Below, piece after piece: positions 30,416 through 39,381 of a DNA stretch of 64,000 nt. The notes under the pieces were generated by a model. It did no database searches and had not been told where the DNA came from. It saw nothing but the letters and a program-made list of their open reading frames with translations. Source of the DNA: Polyangiaceae bacterium. GTDB lineage: Bacteria > Myxococcota_A > Polyangia > Polyangiales > Polyangiaceae. Position 1 is the stretch's first letter. Each line of letters begins with the position of its first letter. A program made the translations under genes and the position numbers. Location: NCBI GenBank assembly GCA_965222375.1, contig CBDCTZ010000015.1, positions 32,001-96,000 on the forward strand. The letters run 5' to 3'.

Positions 30416-31399
30416 TCACCACGACTCGGTCACGACCAAACAGGGGCGTCTTGGCTGTACTAGCCATGACTTCAGCAGGGTTTCGGCGCCGACTTTGCCT
30501 CCGCCTGGGGCGAGAACCGCCTTGTGGTCCGGGTCGCAGGCCTCCCGGCTTTCGCTGAGTTGGGCACGGAGTCCGGTGAAGCGAACGCCGACGAGCTTGC
30601 CAAAGATGGGGCGGTCGAGAGTGCGCATGTCGCTGAGGACGAAGTACACGGTCTTGCGACCGGTGCTGCCGCCGGCATGCGTTGCACTCAAGTATGTGAA
30701 GAGCTCGTGTGCGTCAACGTTCGGCATCACCGTCATGAGCAACGCCGTGGGAGCAGGTTGGCCCGGGGAGAGCTGTTGGTAGAGCATGCTCTTGTTTCGG
30801 AGGATGGTTGCGCACTCCGCGGCGTCCTTGACCGTCGCGCCGTCTACCGTGGCGCCGCTTGTGCCGAGGACTAACCACGGCGCCTCCACCAGGGAGTCCG
30901 GGCCAAGGCCGCGTACGCCCAATTCGGGGAGGAAGCCCAGACTCGCGTTCGCAAACATGTGGGTCATTGGAATTGGGTCACCGGCTTCCGCAGCTAGTGG
31001 TTCCGTTCGGGCCTCCAGGAACGCGGCACAGGCGACGCAGCCGATACCGAACGCCGTCGTCCCGAATCGAGATGGCACTACCCAGGCGTAGGCCCGCTTC
31101 GACAACGCGCGCCGACGCAGAGCAGGCAGCAGCAACGACATGGAGACAAGGAGTGCAGCGGCGACGAGTGCGAGGGCACACTCGCTCACGGCGCGCTCCA
31201 GAGCCGCCGTTGTGACGTCAAAATGGCGCCCGAGTTGCTCCGCGCGGCGTTGGTGGGGCGGCAGAATCAAGAACTCTTCGAGAGCGCTGCGCGCCCGGAA
31301 GATGCCGGCGCCAAGGGCGACAACGGCGAGCCCAATCAAGATCGGGTTCGGGCTCGGGAAGCTGTCCCCGTTCCTAGTGTAACGCCGACGCAGGCCCAC
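30416..31399 (-). CDS. Membrane protein with ExbD-like C-terminal region (possibly 5'-truncated)
   Basis: Three hydrophobic segments then a soluble domain; weak GTG start. Confidence 0.5.
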   Translation of the reverse strand: MGLRRRYTRNGDSFPSPNPILIGLAVVALGAGIFRARSALEEFLILPPHQRRAEQLGRHFDVTTAALERAVSECALALVAAALLVSMSLLLPALRRRALSKRAYAWVVPSRFGTTAFGIGCVACAAFLEARTEPLAAEAGDPIPMTHMFANASLGFLPELGVRGLGPDSLVEAPWLVLGTSGATVDGATVKDAAECATILRNKSMLYQQLSPGQPAPTALLMTVMPNVDAHELFTYLSATHAGGSTGRKTVYFVLSDMRTLDRPIFGKLVGVRFTGLRAQLSESREACDPDHKAVLAPGGGKVGAETLLKSWLVQPRRPCLVVTESW

Positions 31400-31450
31400 T
31401 TCTTGGGTCCTCTTGCCATACGGGCACGGTGGCCCGCCCGCCGAAGCCCA

Positions 31451-31469
31451 TGTCCGATTCTATCGAGTG
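31451..31469 (+). repeat. Island motif copy 3
   Basis: Exact 19-mer; TACAAC at 31490; gene starts at 31575. Confidence 0.9.
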
Positions 31470-31574
31470 CGCCCGGCAGTTTCGACCGATACAACGCTAG
31501 GCAACTGCACGAAGTAAACGCTGAGCGCTGCGACGCCCGGCCGGCAACCCTGCCCATCGACGCGGGAAATCCCC

Positions 31575-32369
31575 ATGTCTCATACGAACAAAGTAGCCCT
31601 GTTGCTCGTTGCTGCCGCGGCGGGGGTCGCTTGCAGCGCCGGAACGGAACCAACAGAGAGCCAGCAATCAGCGGTGGCCGGTGACGAATGCGACACGACT
31701 GCCGAATGCCAGGCGATCTACGGCAGCGCCGCCGACGATTGTTTCAACAGTCAGTCCAGCGAAAGTGTCTGCTATTGCGCCGGACAGCCTTGCGCTAGCG
31801 AACCGTCGCCCCCGCCAGCCGGTGACGAGTGCAACACCACCCAGGAGTGCAGAGCGATATATGGCAGCGCTGCCGATGACTGTTTCAACAGTCAGTCGAG
31901 TGAGAGCGTCTGCTACTGCAGCGGGCAGCCTTGCAGCAGCGAGCCTCCGCCCCCACCGCCGCCTCCCCCACCCCCCTCTGGCGATGAGTGCAACACCACC
32001 GCTGAGTGTCAGGCCATCTATGGCTCTGCCGCGGACGACTGTTTCAACAGTCAGTCGAGTGAGAGCGTCTGCTACTGCAGCGGGCAGCCTTGCAGCAGCG
32101 AGCCTCCGCCTCCACCGCCGCCTCCTTCGAGCGATGAGTGCGACACTACCCAGGAGTGCAAGGCGATCTACGGCAGCGCTGCGGACGATTGTTTCAACAG
32201 TCAGTCGAGTGAGAGCGTCTGCTATTGCGGCGGTCAGCCTTGCAGCGCGCCGCCACCACCGAATTCAACCTGGCGGGTTGGGTACAGCGCCGACGGCAAT
32301 CAACACGACCCCGATGACTGGCATGCCTCACCCATGAGCCTGGCAGAGTTTCTTCGGCGGCTGAGATGA
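31575..32369 (+). CDS. Lipoprotein with four 37-aa six-Cys repeats; C-terminal domain apparently truncated
   Basis: VACSAG lipobox; DECxTTxECxAIYGSAADDCFNSQSSESVCYCxGQPC x4 with poly-Pro linkers. Confidence 0.75.
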   Translation: MSHTNKVALLLVAAAAGVACSAGTEPTESQQSAVAGDECDTTAECQAIYGSAADDCFNSQSSESVCYCAGQPCASEPSPPPAGDECNTTQECRAIYGSAADDCFNSQSSESVCYCSGQPCSSEPPPPPPPPPPPSGDECNTTAECQAIYGSAADDCFNSQSSESVCYCSGQPCSSEPPPPPPPPSSDECDTTQECKAIYGSAADDCFNSQSSESVCYCGGQPCSAPPPPNSTWRVGYSADGNQHDPDDWHASPMSLAEFLRRLR

Positions 32370-32457
32370 TTACCTCAGGGAACGAACTGCCAGACCCTCG
32401 CTTGTGTCGAGCAAGGGGTGCTCGCCCAACCATCACGTTTTGCACGAGGATATTGCC

Positions 32458-33402
32458 ATGAGCTGGAATCGAGTTTGCGGAGTAGGCGCAGTGGGTCTGT
32501 TGGTGGTCGCTTGCGGCGGGGATGACGAAGGTAGTGGCGCAGGCGGCGCCGCCGGCAGCGCTGGAAGCGCCGGTGCGACGAGTGGCGGGACAGGAGGCGG
32601 CAGCGCAGGAAACGCCGGCAGCGCCGGCAGCGGCGGCGGTGCTGCAGGTCGCAGTGGCAGTGCGGGCACGGGCGGGAGCGCTGGAAGCGGCGGTAGCGCC
32701 GGCAGTGCGGGAAGCGGTGGCAGTGGCGGCTCGGCTGCGACCTGTGACTTCGAGATCGGGAGCAACGGCGTGCTCGTGATGGAGGCCGAGTCGCTCAAGC
32801 TCTCTGGCAGCTGGCAAACGTCTCAGAAGGAAGCCGGCGCGTCCGGCGGCAAGTACGTCGAGTGGACCGGCTCCAGCTTGTTCAACTCGCCTGGTCAGGG
32901 ACTCATCACGGTAAAGATCGGGATCGACCAACCCGACCGATACCGCCTGCAGTGGCGTAGTCGCATCGGGGCCGGCTCCGATCCAACCGAGCACAATGAC
33001 ACCTGGGTGCGCTTTCCCGACGCAGAGAGTTCCTACGGCGTGAAGGCGGTCAGCGGCGGAGAGACTCGACGCTACCCGAAGCCCAAGTGCAACGACTCGA
33101 CGTTCATGGCAAGCATCAACGCGCTGCCCAACGTGGTAGCAGCCACCTGCCCCAAAGGCTCTACCAGCGACAACTGGTTCAAGGTCTACTGCTCAGGGGC
33201 CACCAACTGGAAGTGGTCGACCCACACCAGCGACAGTGACGCTCACGACGTGTACGCGGTATTCAAAGCCGCGGGCACCTACACCCTGGAGCTGTCCGCC
33301 CGCTCGACGAAGCACCTGGTCGACCGCATCGTGCTGCACCGGGAAGGCGTCGCCGATAGCGTCGCGCGAGATGCCAAGCTCAGTGAGACGCCCTGCAATT
33401 GA
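32458..33402 (+). CDS. Lipoprotein with Gly/Ser linker and carbohydrate-binding-like beta domain
   Basis: VACGGDD lipobox; MEAES..GASGGKYV..W; GTYTLELSARS..VDRIVL; GAGGA RBS. Confidence 0.7.
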   Translation: MSWNRVCGVGAVGLLVVACGGDDEGSGAGGAAGSAGSAGATSGGTGGGSAGNAGSAGSGGGAAGRSGSAGTGGSAGSGGSAGSAGSGGSGGSAATCDFEIGSNGVLVMEAESLKLSGSWQTSQKEAGASGGKYVEWTGSSLFNSPGQGLITVKIGIDQPDRYRLQWRSRIGAGSDPTEHNDTWVRFPDAESSYGVKAVSGGETRRYPKPKCNDSTFMASINALPNVVAATCPKGSTSDNWFKVYCSGATNWKWSTHTSDSDAHDVYAVFKAAGTYTLELSARSTKHLVDRIVLHREGVADSVARDAKLSETPCN

Positions 33403-33640
33403 GCGGGGAAACGTCTCCTGAGGAATGCACATCCTCCATGACCAGGCAGTCCGCGTTGCGCTTCAAGGTCTATCGAGATTCTTCCCAGGGCACGCAACGA
33501 GCTTCGGCGGACGGTGCGTCGACCGCGAGTGCGGCGAGCGTGGTCACCCAGCTCGCCGTCATCCAAAGCTCATCCACCATTCCGTCATCACTCAGGCGGC
33601 GGACGTTCCCTTGGAGGCGGGGCACGCCCCTCGCGGCTCG

Positions 33641-33976
33641 CTACCGAGCGGCTGCGGTCTTCGGGACGGTGGGGCATCGGTACGCGGTGCCGTAGAGCCG
33701 GAGGGTCGTGCCGTCCTTTTCTTCCGACTCCATTCGCACATAGTTGGCCCCCAGGCTCGCCGCCGCGTTCCGAAGCTTGGCCTTTGCGGATTGGCGATTG
33801 ACACCAGATTCGACAAAGGCGGTATCCGAGCCCTGGACGTCGCGGATCTCTTCGCAATCCGCAGGGGGATCGGCCTTCATCAGCTTCACGCGCTGCCCGT
33901 CGGGAGTTGCGGTGACCGTGGGCAAGCAGCCGGCGAGCAGGACGACGAGCAGTGTGGCGGATTTGTACAGTTGCAT
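33641..33976 (-). CDS. Small lipoprotein (DUF4156-like)
   Basis: LLAGC lipobox; C..LRNAAASLGANYV..GTAYRC pattern; GAGG RBS. Confidence 0.7.
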   Translation of the reverse strand: MQLYKSATLLVVLLAGCLPTVTATPDGQRVKLMKADPPADCEEIRDVQGSDTAFVESGVNRQSAKAKLRNAAASLGANYVRMESEEKDGTTLRLYGTAYRCPTVPKTAAAR

Positions 33977-34225
33977 GAGGACCTCGGTGTGTAAGCAGTT
34001 CACCCTGTTGAGCCCGCAACTCCGTTTACGTCGCAGCCAGCCATTCGCCGAACCGCGGCTTGTAATCGGGCATTGCCCGATTACGTGGTCCCTCGCGTGG
34101 TGCGCGAGCGACCTGGACACGCAGCTGCGACGCAGCATGCCGCGGTGCAGGAACTGGTAGTTCCCGTGGAAAGGCACATACTCCAGAAACACGTAATTTC
34201 TCAGCTCATGCCGCCGCGTAGTTCG

Positions 34226-34241
34226 TGGCACCTACCTTGCA
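34226..34241 (+). promoter_or_regulatory. Sigma54 -24/-12 promoter
   Basis: TGGCAC-CTACC-TTGCA, perfect consensus, upstream of ATG 34254. Confidence 0.75.
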
Positions 34242-34253
34242 CACCAAGTCTAG

Positions 34254-34823
34254 ATGGCCTCCTTCACCACTAGCTCTGCCCAAACGAAACACGCGAAGTT
34301 TCTACTCTTATGGGTACTCGGGCTGGCGTTCGCCGCGTGTGGCGACAACAGCGACTCCAGTTCTGGACCCGGCACTGCAGGGACGTCAGGTGCAGCCGGA
34401 AGCGGTGGCGCTGGAGCCACGGCTGGGCAAGGTGGCAGCGCAGCGGCGGGCACGGGCGCAACGGCTGGCAACGCAGGAGCGGATGGGGGCACCGTCGATG
34501 GGTCGGCCGGAGACGCCGCCGTCATCCCGTCCGCAACCCACTATGCGTCACCCACGGGCAGTGCCACCAACTCTGGCCTCACGAAAGGTGATCCGTGGTC
34601 GCTGACTCACGCAGCCAAGACGGCCGCTGCCGGCGACGTCGTTTACGTCCAAGCCGGGCTCTATGCGGGAGTCAACTTGGTGCTCAGCAATAGCGGCACC
34701 GCAGGCAAGCCCATCACCTTCATCGGCTGTGATTCGTCCTTCAACCCCATCGTGAGCACAACCTGGAGCACCTACACCTATGGGGACGGTGCCAGCCCCT
34801 CCAAGACGGAGGCAACGACATGA
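34254..34823 (+). pseudogene. 3'-truncated paralogue of the beta-helix lipoprotein at 12286
   Basis: THYASPTGSATNSGLTKGDPWSLTHA..AGDVVYVQAG..NSGTAGKPITF aligns with the 12286 protein but stops after STYTYGD. Confidence 0.7.
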
Positions 34824-35046
34824 ACACCACCAAACGGAATCGCGATCCGTTTGGCCGAGCCAACTTCGCCAGGGCGTACCTGCTTCAGGCGGTCGCGTTG
34901 ACACTCGCGATCACTGGATCAGCTTGGCCGAGCTGGGCGCGATCAGGTGGGGCGAGCGTTGACACCGTGGAGCGACAGTTCTTCGCGGCACCTGCTGGCG
35001 CGCCGCGGCAGCGTTGCGCGAGTGCAAACTACACGGCGCCGCGCGA

Positions 35047-35065
35047 TGTCCGATTCTATCGAGTG
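35047..35065 (+). repeat. Island motif copy 4
   Basis: Exact 19-mer; CAGAAT at 35086; gene starts at 35131. Confidence 0.9.
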
Positions 35066-35130
35066 CGCTCGCCCACTTGTGCGACCAGAATTCCCCAGTC
35101 AAAAACACGTGATTCGAGGAGGATACGCAA

Positions 35131-35517
35131 ATGGGAACCCGTTTCTGGACGTTTTTGGTCATGTTTGGAATCGGCTGTTCAAGTGGCGGTGGAAGTGGCG
35201 GCAGTGGCGGCAACGCGGTACAGCAGTGCAGCGCGCTGCTGGACGTGACTTGCGACCGGATAACGGAGTGCGTCCCAGCCGAATACTCAGGCAAAGAGGC
35301 CTGTCTGGCGGACGCCCACACGACCATCGACTGTAACGCTGCCGTGTCTGTGGAGCCGAGCTACGATCTCTGCTTCGACCAGGTGCAGACTCGCCCCTGC
35401 TCAAGTCTGTTTCCTTCGGGGCCTCTAGAAATGCCGACGTCCTGTAGGGACGTCATCCTCGTCGACGGGCGGGGGAGCGGCGCCGGCGCCACTGACGAAA
35501 CCCGAGCCTCACGCTAG
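35131..35517 (+). CDS. Small Cys-rich lipoprotein
   Basis: GAGGAGG RBS; GIGCSSGG lipobox; eight further Cys. Confidence 0.7.
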   Translation: MGTRFWTFLVMFGIGCSSGGGSGGSGGNAVQQCSALLDVTCDRITECVPAEYSGKEACLADAHTTIDCNAAVSVEPSYDLCFDQVQTRPCSSLFPSGPLEMPTSCRDVILVDGRGSGAGATDETRASR

Positions 35518-35598
35518 CACACCGTGGCGAAGAGGTCGCACATCACCACACCGCGCCGACCTGCACGCCGACGCCGGCGGTCAAGTAGCGCCAGCAAG

Positions 35599-36003
35599 TC
35601 AAAACCCCGAGCAGGGCGTGCAATTCGCCGCCACATCAATGAGGTAGCCGGTGTTGCCCGACGTTCGATAGTAGATCCAGGTCGCCGCCCCGAGATCCGG
35701 CGCACCGCCGGCACCTGCGCCGCCGGCACCGCCGCCAGCTCCCGTGCCCGCGCTACCACCTGTTCCCACGCCGGCACTGCCCCCCGTCGCCGCACCCGCA
35801 CCGCCACCGCTGGCTGCCCCTGCGCTACCGCCACCTGCCCCGGTCGCCCCGAAGCCTCCAAACCCCGCGCCTCCGCTGCCCGCCACAGCGCTGGAGCCAC
35901 CTAGGTTCCCCTCCGCCCGCGCTCCCCCCGCCAACACCACCCCGCTATTTCCGCTGCTGCCACACGCCATAGCGAGCAGCGCACCAGCCAAAGCCGCGCC
36001 CAA
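35599..36003 (-). CDS. Gly-rich lipoprotein, probably a fragment
   Basis: AMACGSS lipobox, long Gly linker, very short C-terminus; weak TTG start. Confidence 0.45.
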   Translation of the reverse strand: MGAALAGALLAMACGSSGNSGVVLAGGARAEGNLGGSSAVAGSGGAGFGGFGATGAGGGSAGAASGGGAGAATGGSAGVGTGGSAGTGAGGGAGGAGAGGAPDLGAATWIYYRTSGNTGYLIDVAANCTPCSGF

Positions 36004-36106
36004 TTGGTGCTCAAGCGTGCCAAAGGCGCAAAACGCGCTCGAGGTCGGATCGCCAGACTGAAGAGGTTGGTGAAGTAGCTGGCGGTCCCAACCCCGGTCC
36101 GAGTAA

Positions 36107-36125
36107 TGTCCGATTGTATCGAGTG
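36107..36125 (+). repeat. Island motif copy 5 (one mismatch: TGTCCGATTGTATCGAGTG)
   Basis: 18/19 match; TAGCCT at 36145; gene starts at 36216. Confidence 0.88.
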
Positions 36126-36215
36126 CGGCGCGCGCATCAATGACTAGCCTTGTTCACAGTTTGGGTAGTCAGACCCCGGCGTCACCAAACGAACCGCAAA
36201 CCAATCGAGTTTCTC

Positions 36216-37571
36216 ATGTCACAGTTTCACGGCGGCTACATCATCATGCGAGCGGACCCCGACGTGGTCGAGCCAGTTCGGCGCGCCGCGAAGCGCTACT
36301 TGCGTCGCGCGGGGTGTGACCTCGAAGACCACCGGCTGACGTTTGCTGCGCGCGCCGGCTATTCAATCTTGCACGTGGCTGTGCGCGGCGGCGAAGCAGA
36401 TGGAAAGGGGTATTGCTTCTTTCATCGCGAGCATGCGGCCCTTGGCGGCCACTTGGCCAAGGCACTCCAAGAGCCTGTGTATGCCTATTCCTACGAGGAC
36501 CAAGTTGGCACGGAATCCGTAGCGCGCTTTGACGAACGCGGCAAGCAGCGCTCATCTTGCGAGATCGAATGGGACGACGTTGGGCATGTGGAGGGTGTCG
36601 ACTTCTTGTTGGCGCCGCTAGCTGATGAGCTAGGCGTACCATCTCGCGCGATTGAAATAGATCTCGCCTACGATACGCCGGTGCTGCAGGTTGCCCTAAA
36701 CAAGGTCCCCGCCGCGAAGCGAGTCGCGCGCTACTTCGCCAACCTCGCTCCAGCTGGTGATATCGGTTGCGAAAGCGCGGAGTCCACGCCCTTGTTCTTC
36801 CCGACAAACATGGCCGTTGAAATCCGCCAGCAGGCAAATCGGCTCGAGGTGCCGATGGGGACACTTGTATGGGCAGCGTGGGAACTGGCAAAGCAGGACA
36901 TTGTCGAGGACGCCGCATTTCCGATGGCTGCGCCGCCCGTGGAGCTGAGCATCCCGGAAGACGCCCCTCAGCCTCCGGATTTGGACTACAGCAAGGGTTC
37001 GAAAGTCGCTGTTCCCCTGTCCATCCCAGCACAGATTGGGGAGGAGCTGAGAACCGGCGCTGATGCGACCGACCGTTCGCTTTCCTGGTGCGCTCAAGCG
37101 GCCTGGCTCTATTCTCGCGGGCAGCTACTCAAAGCGACGCGAAGCTCAATCGCTCCACAGGTCGAGATGGTCCTCTACTTCGATGAGGCGATTCTGGAAG
37201 ACGCTAGCGAGTTGGCGGCGAACCTGAATGTCAGCATTGACCGACTGCTCTCATTGGGTTGGGACATCACCCGAGCCACGCTCATCAATGATGAGCCGCC
37301 AATCAATGATGTAGGTGATCCAGCTGAGCTCCTACGCTTTGAACCCGATACTCCAACGGACGTCAGCATTCCTACGACCGCCGAAGAGCTACCACCAGTC
37401 GACCTCGCACACGAGAAGTGCGCGCGGAGCGTCCTAATGTCAGGCCGCATGAAGGAAGAGTTGGCCTGCTGCGCGGCGCGAGCAGATACAAGTTTGTCGC
37501 GAATACTGGTTCGCTCGCTGGCGATGGCGCGATCTCGACTCGCCGCGAGCGAGCCGATGGTGCGCGAGTAG
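36216..37571 (+). CDS. Unknown N-terminal domain plus four tandem CdbA (MXAN_4361/4362)-like ribbon-helix-helix domains
   Basis: PLFFPTNMAVEIRQQANRL..LVWAAWELAK; LSIP..EELR..TDRSLSWCAQAAW; LYFDEAILED..GWDITR; MKEELACCAARADTSLSRIL. Confidence 0.7.
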   Translation: MSQFHGGYIIMRADPDVVEPVRRAAKRYLRRAGCDLEDHRLTFAARAGYSILHVAVRGGEADGKGYCFFHREHAALGGHLAKALQEPVYAYSYEDQVGTESVARFDERGKQRSSCEIEWDDVGHVEGVDFLLAPLADELGVPSRAIEIDLAYDTPVLQVALNKVPAAKRVARYFANLAPAGDIGCESAESTPLFFPTNMAVEIRQQANRLEVPMGTLVWAAWELAKQDIVEDAAFPMAAPPVELSIPEDAPQPPDLDYSKGSKVAVPLSIPAQIGEELRTGADATDRSLSWCAQAAWLYSRGQLLKATRSSIAPQVEMVLYFDEAILEDASELAANLNVSIDRLLSLGWDITRATLINDEPPINDVGDPAELLRFEPDTPTDVSIPTTAEELPPVDLAHEKCARSVLMSGRMKEELACCAARADTSLSRILVRSLAMARSRLAASEPMVRE

Positions 37572-37655
37572 TTCGTCCGATGCGGAATCGATGCTAGCCG
37601 ACTACGATCGCGGCTACGTCGAACCTTCGTACCCTCTCTCCCCTGAAAGACGTGC

Positions 37656-39323
37656 CTACGGAGGGCAGTGGTCCTTCGTGGTGAGGGAAACAGGTGAGCC
37701 AGACACGGATTCTGACGCAAAGATTGGACTCCTAGCCTGTACCGACCGAAGCAAGGTCTTTCCAGAAGTAGGCGACTGCGTGGAAAGCGAGAAGGGCTGA
37801 CCTGCGACGCGCAGGCAGTTGGGCGGCAGCGACGGTTTGTTGACCCGGAGTAGGTACTTGACCGTCGCGCATTGGAACGCTCCGCTGGACGTCTGGATGC
37901 AGTCACCAGTCTGAGGCAGCACACCCGAGGTGTATCGCTGGTTCCATTTTGGGGCGACGTGGGTCACGTCGTCGACGAAGCCCAACGCGGAGGTGCGCCG
38001 GCTGACTCCCACGACTCCATTTGGAGTCGGGTGAACCCGGTCCAGCAAGAACTGCGAAGAAAAGCCGCTTTGCTTTCCCGTTAACGGATCGAGCACCTTC
38101 AGTGCGGTCTTCTCGACGTAGTAGACCTTCGCATCGTGAATGGCCGCGTCCTTCCAATCTGGAATGGTCCAGCCCGTGCGGAGCGTGCCCGCTGAGGTCA
38201 GCTGCGCGAGGTAGCGGCTACTCCCCTTGAGCACCGCTAGAATATCTTTACCTGGTCCGCGCCCAACCTGCTCGACTCCGAAATTGACGCCGGCGCCAAT
38301 CGTCACGGTCTGAACCTCTTTCCCGAGGGTGGTGAGCTCAACGACCAGCGCGTTGCGAGCGGAGCTCTTCCCGTACCATCCACCGACAGTCAGGTTGCCG
38401 GCGGCATTGAGAGTTACGGCGGAGAGGGCAGCCTCCGTGGGATCGGTCGTTCGCGCCCACACGATCTTGCCTGCACCGTTCAAGCGCCACACGAAGCCAC
38501 GCCTGTTGAAAGCAGTAGTGCTTGCTCGATAGCCGACGGCGACGATGTCGCCCCCCGGTAGCTCCATGACGTCTTTGCATAGGACTTGATTCTTACTGCC
38601 CAGCTCGTACCAACGCGCCCAAACAACGACGTGATCCTGGGTCACCCGAATGAGGGTTGGGCTTCCATCGACGCTGCCGGCACACAGCAAGATATCCCCA
38701 CCGGACAGCTCAATCATTCGGGACATCGAACCTATGGCGATGCCTCCGCTACTGTTTGAGTACTCGGTCTGAAGCTCGTCCAGCCCGCTCGTCCCACCGC
38801 TGCCGCTCGAACCTCCACTTCCGCTCGAGCCTCCGCTGCCGCTCGAGCCTCCACTTCCGCTCGCTCCTCCACTTCCGCTCGCTCCTCCACTTCCGCTCGC
38901 TCCTCCACTTCCGCTCGCTCCTCCACTTCCGCTCGCTCCTCCGCTGCCGCTCGAACCTCCGCTGCCGCTCGAGCCTCCACTTCCGCTCGCTCCTCCGCTG
39001 CCGCTCGCTCCTCCGCTGCCGCTCGCTCCTCCGCTGCCGCTCGAACCTCCGCTGCCGCTCGAGCCTCCGCTACCGCTCGAGCCTCCACTTCCGCTCGCTC
39101 CCGCGCTACCGCTCGAGCCTCCACTTCCGCTCGCTCCCGCACTGCCGCTCGAGCCACCACTGCCGCTTGCGCCCCCAACAGCTGCCGACCCGCCTCCAGC
39201 CGCAGCGCCACCGAAGGCGCCCGTGCCCGTGCCACCGGTGGATGAGTCGCTTCCACACGCCTGGAGTGCCGGCAAAACGAAGAGAGTCGCGATAGCGAGA
39301 GAATTGATCTTGTGAGGTTTCAT
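37656..39323 (-). CDS. Lipoprotein with very long Gly/Ser linker and beta-propeller
   Basis: Start MKPHK; LQACGSD lipobox; GDIVAVG..GKIVWAR blades. Confidence 0.75.
   Translation of the reverse strand: MKPHKINSLAIATLFVLPALQACGSDSSTGGTGTGAFGGAAAGGGSAAVGGASGSGGSSGSAGASGSGGSSGSAGASGSGGSSGSGGSSGSGGSSGSGGASGSGGASGSGGASGSGGSSGSGGSSGSGGASGSGGASGSGGASGSGGASGSGGASGSGGSSGSGGSSGSGGSSGSGGTSGLDELQTEYSNSSGGIAIGSMSRMIELSGGDILLCAGSVDGSPTLIRVTQDHVVVWARWYELGSKNQVLCKDVMELPGGDIVAVGYRASTTAFNRRGFVWRLNGAGKIVWARTTDPTEAALSAVTLNAAGNLTVGGWYGKSSARNALVVELTTLGKEVQTVTIGAGVNFGVEQVGRGPGKDILAVLKGSSRYLAQLTSAGTLRTGWTIPDWKDAAIHDAKVYYVEKTALKVLDPLTGKQSGFSSQFLLDRVHPTPNGVVGVSRRTSALGFVDDVTHVAPKWNQRYTSGVLPQTGDCIQTSSGAFQCATVKYLLRVNKPSLPPNCLRVAGQPFSLSTQSPTSGKTLLRSVQARSPIFASESVSGSPVSLTTKDHCPP
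38784..39179 (-). repeat. Coding tandem repeat, 22 x 18 bp (SGG[S/A]SG)
   Basis: Counted from translation; several DNA units are identical. Confidence 0.9.
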
Positions 39324-39362
39324 GTGACGTCCGAACCTGGTAGCAGCCCGCTCAGACCAAAG

Positions 39363-39381
39363 CACTCGATAGAATCGGACA
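39363..39381 (-). repeat. Island motif copy 6
   Basis: Exact 19-mer on minus strand; TACCAG at 39342-39337; gene starts at 39323. Confidence 0.9.

Noticed and set aside
33469..33477. TCTATCGAG partial match to the island motif
   Set aside because: Only 9 bp, lacks the TGTCCGA half; could be chance.
36096..36124. dif/Xer-like site (GGTCCGAGTAA-TGTCCGA-TTGTATCGAGT)
   Set aside because: The XerC-like arm appears only in this copy and the right arm lacks the canonical TTATGT.
24881..39381. Motif as an in-frame protein-fusion junction (VRFYRV), as in the pilV shufflon
   Set aside because: In frame with the downstream gene in only 2 of 6 copies, which is chance level.
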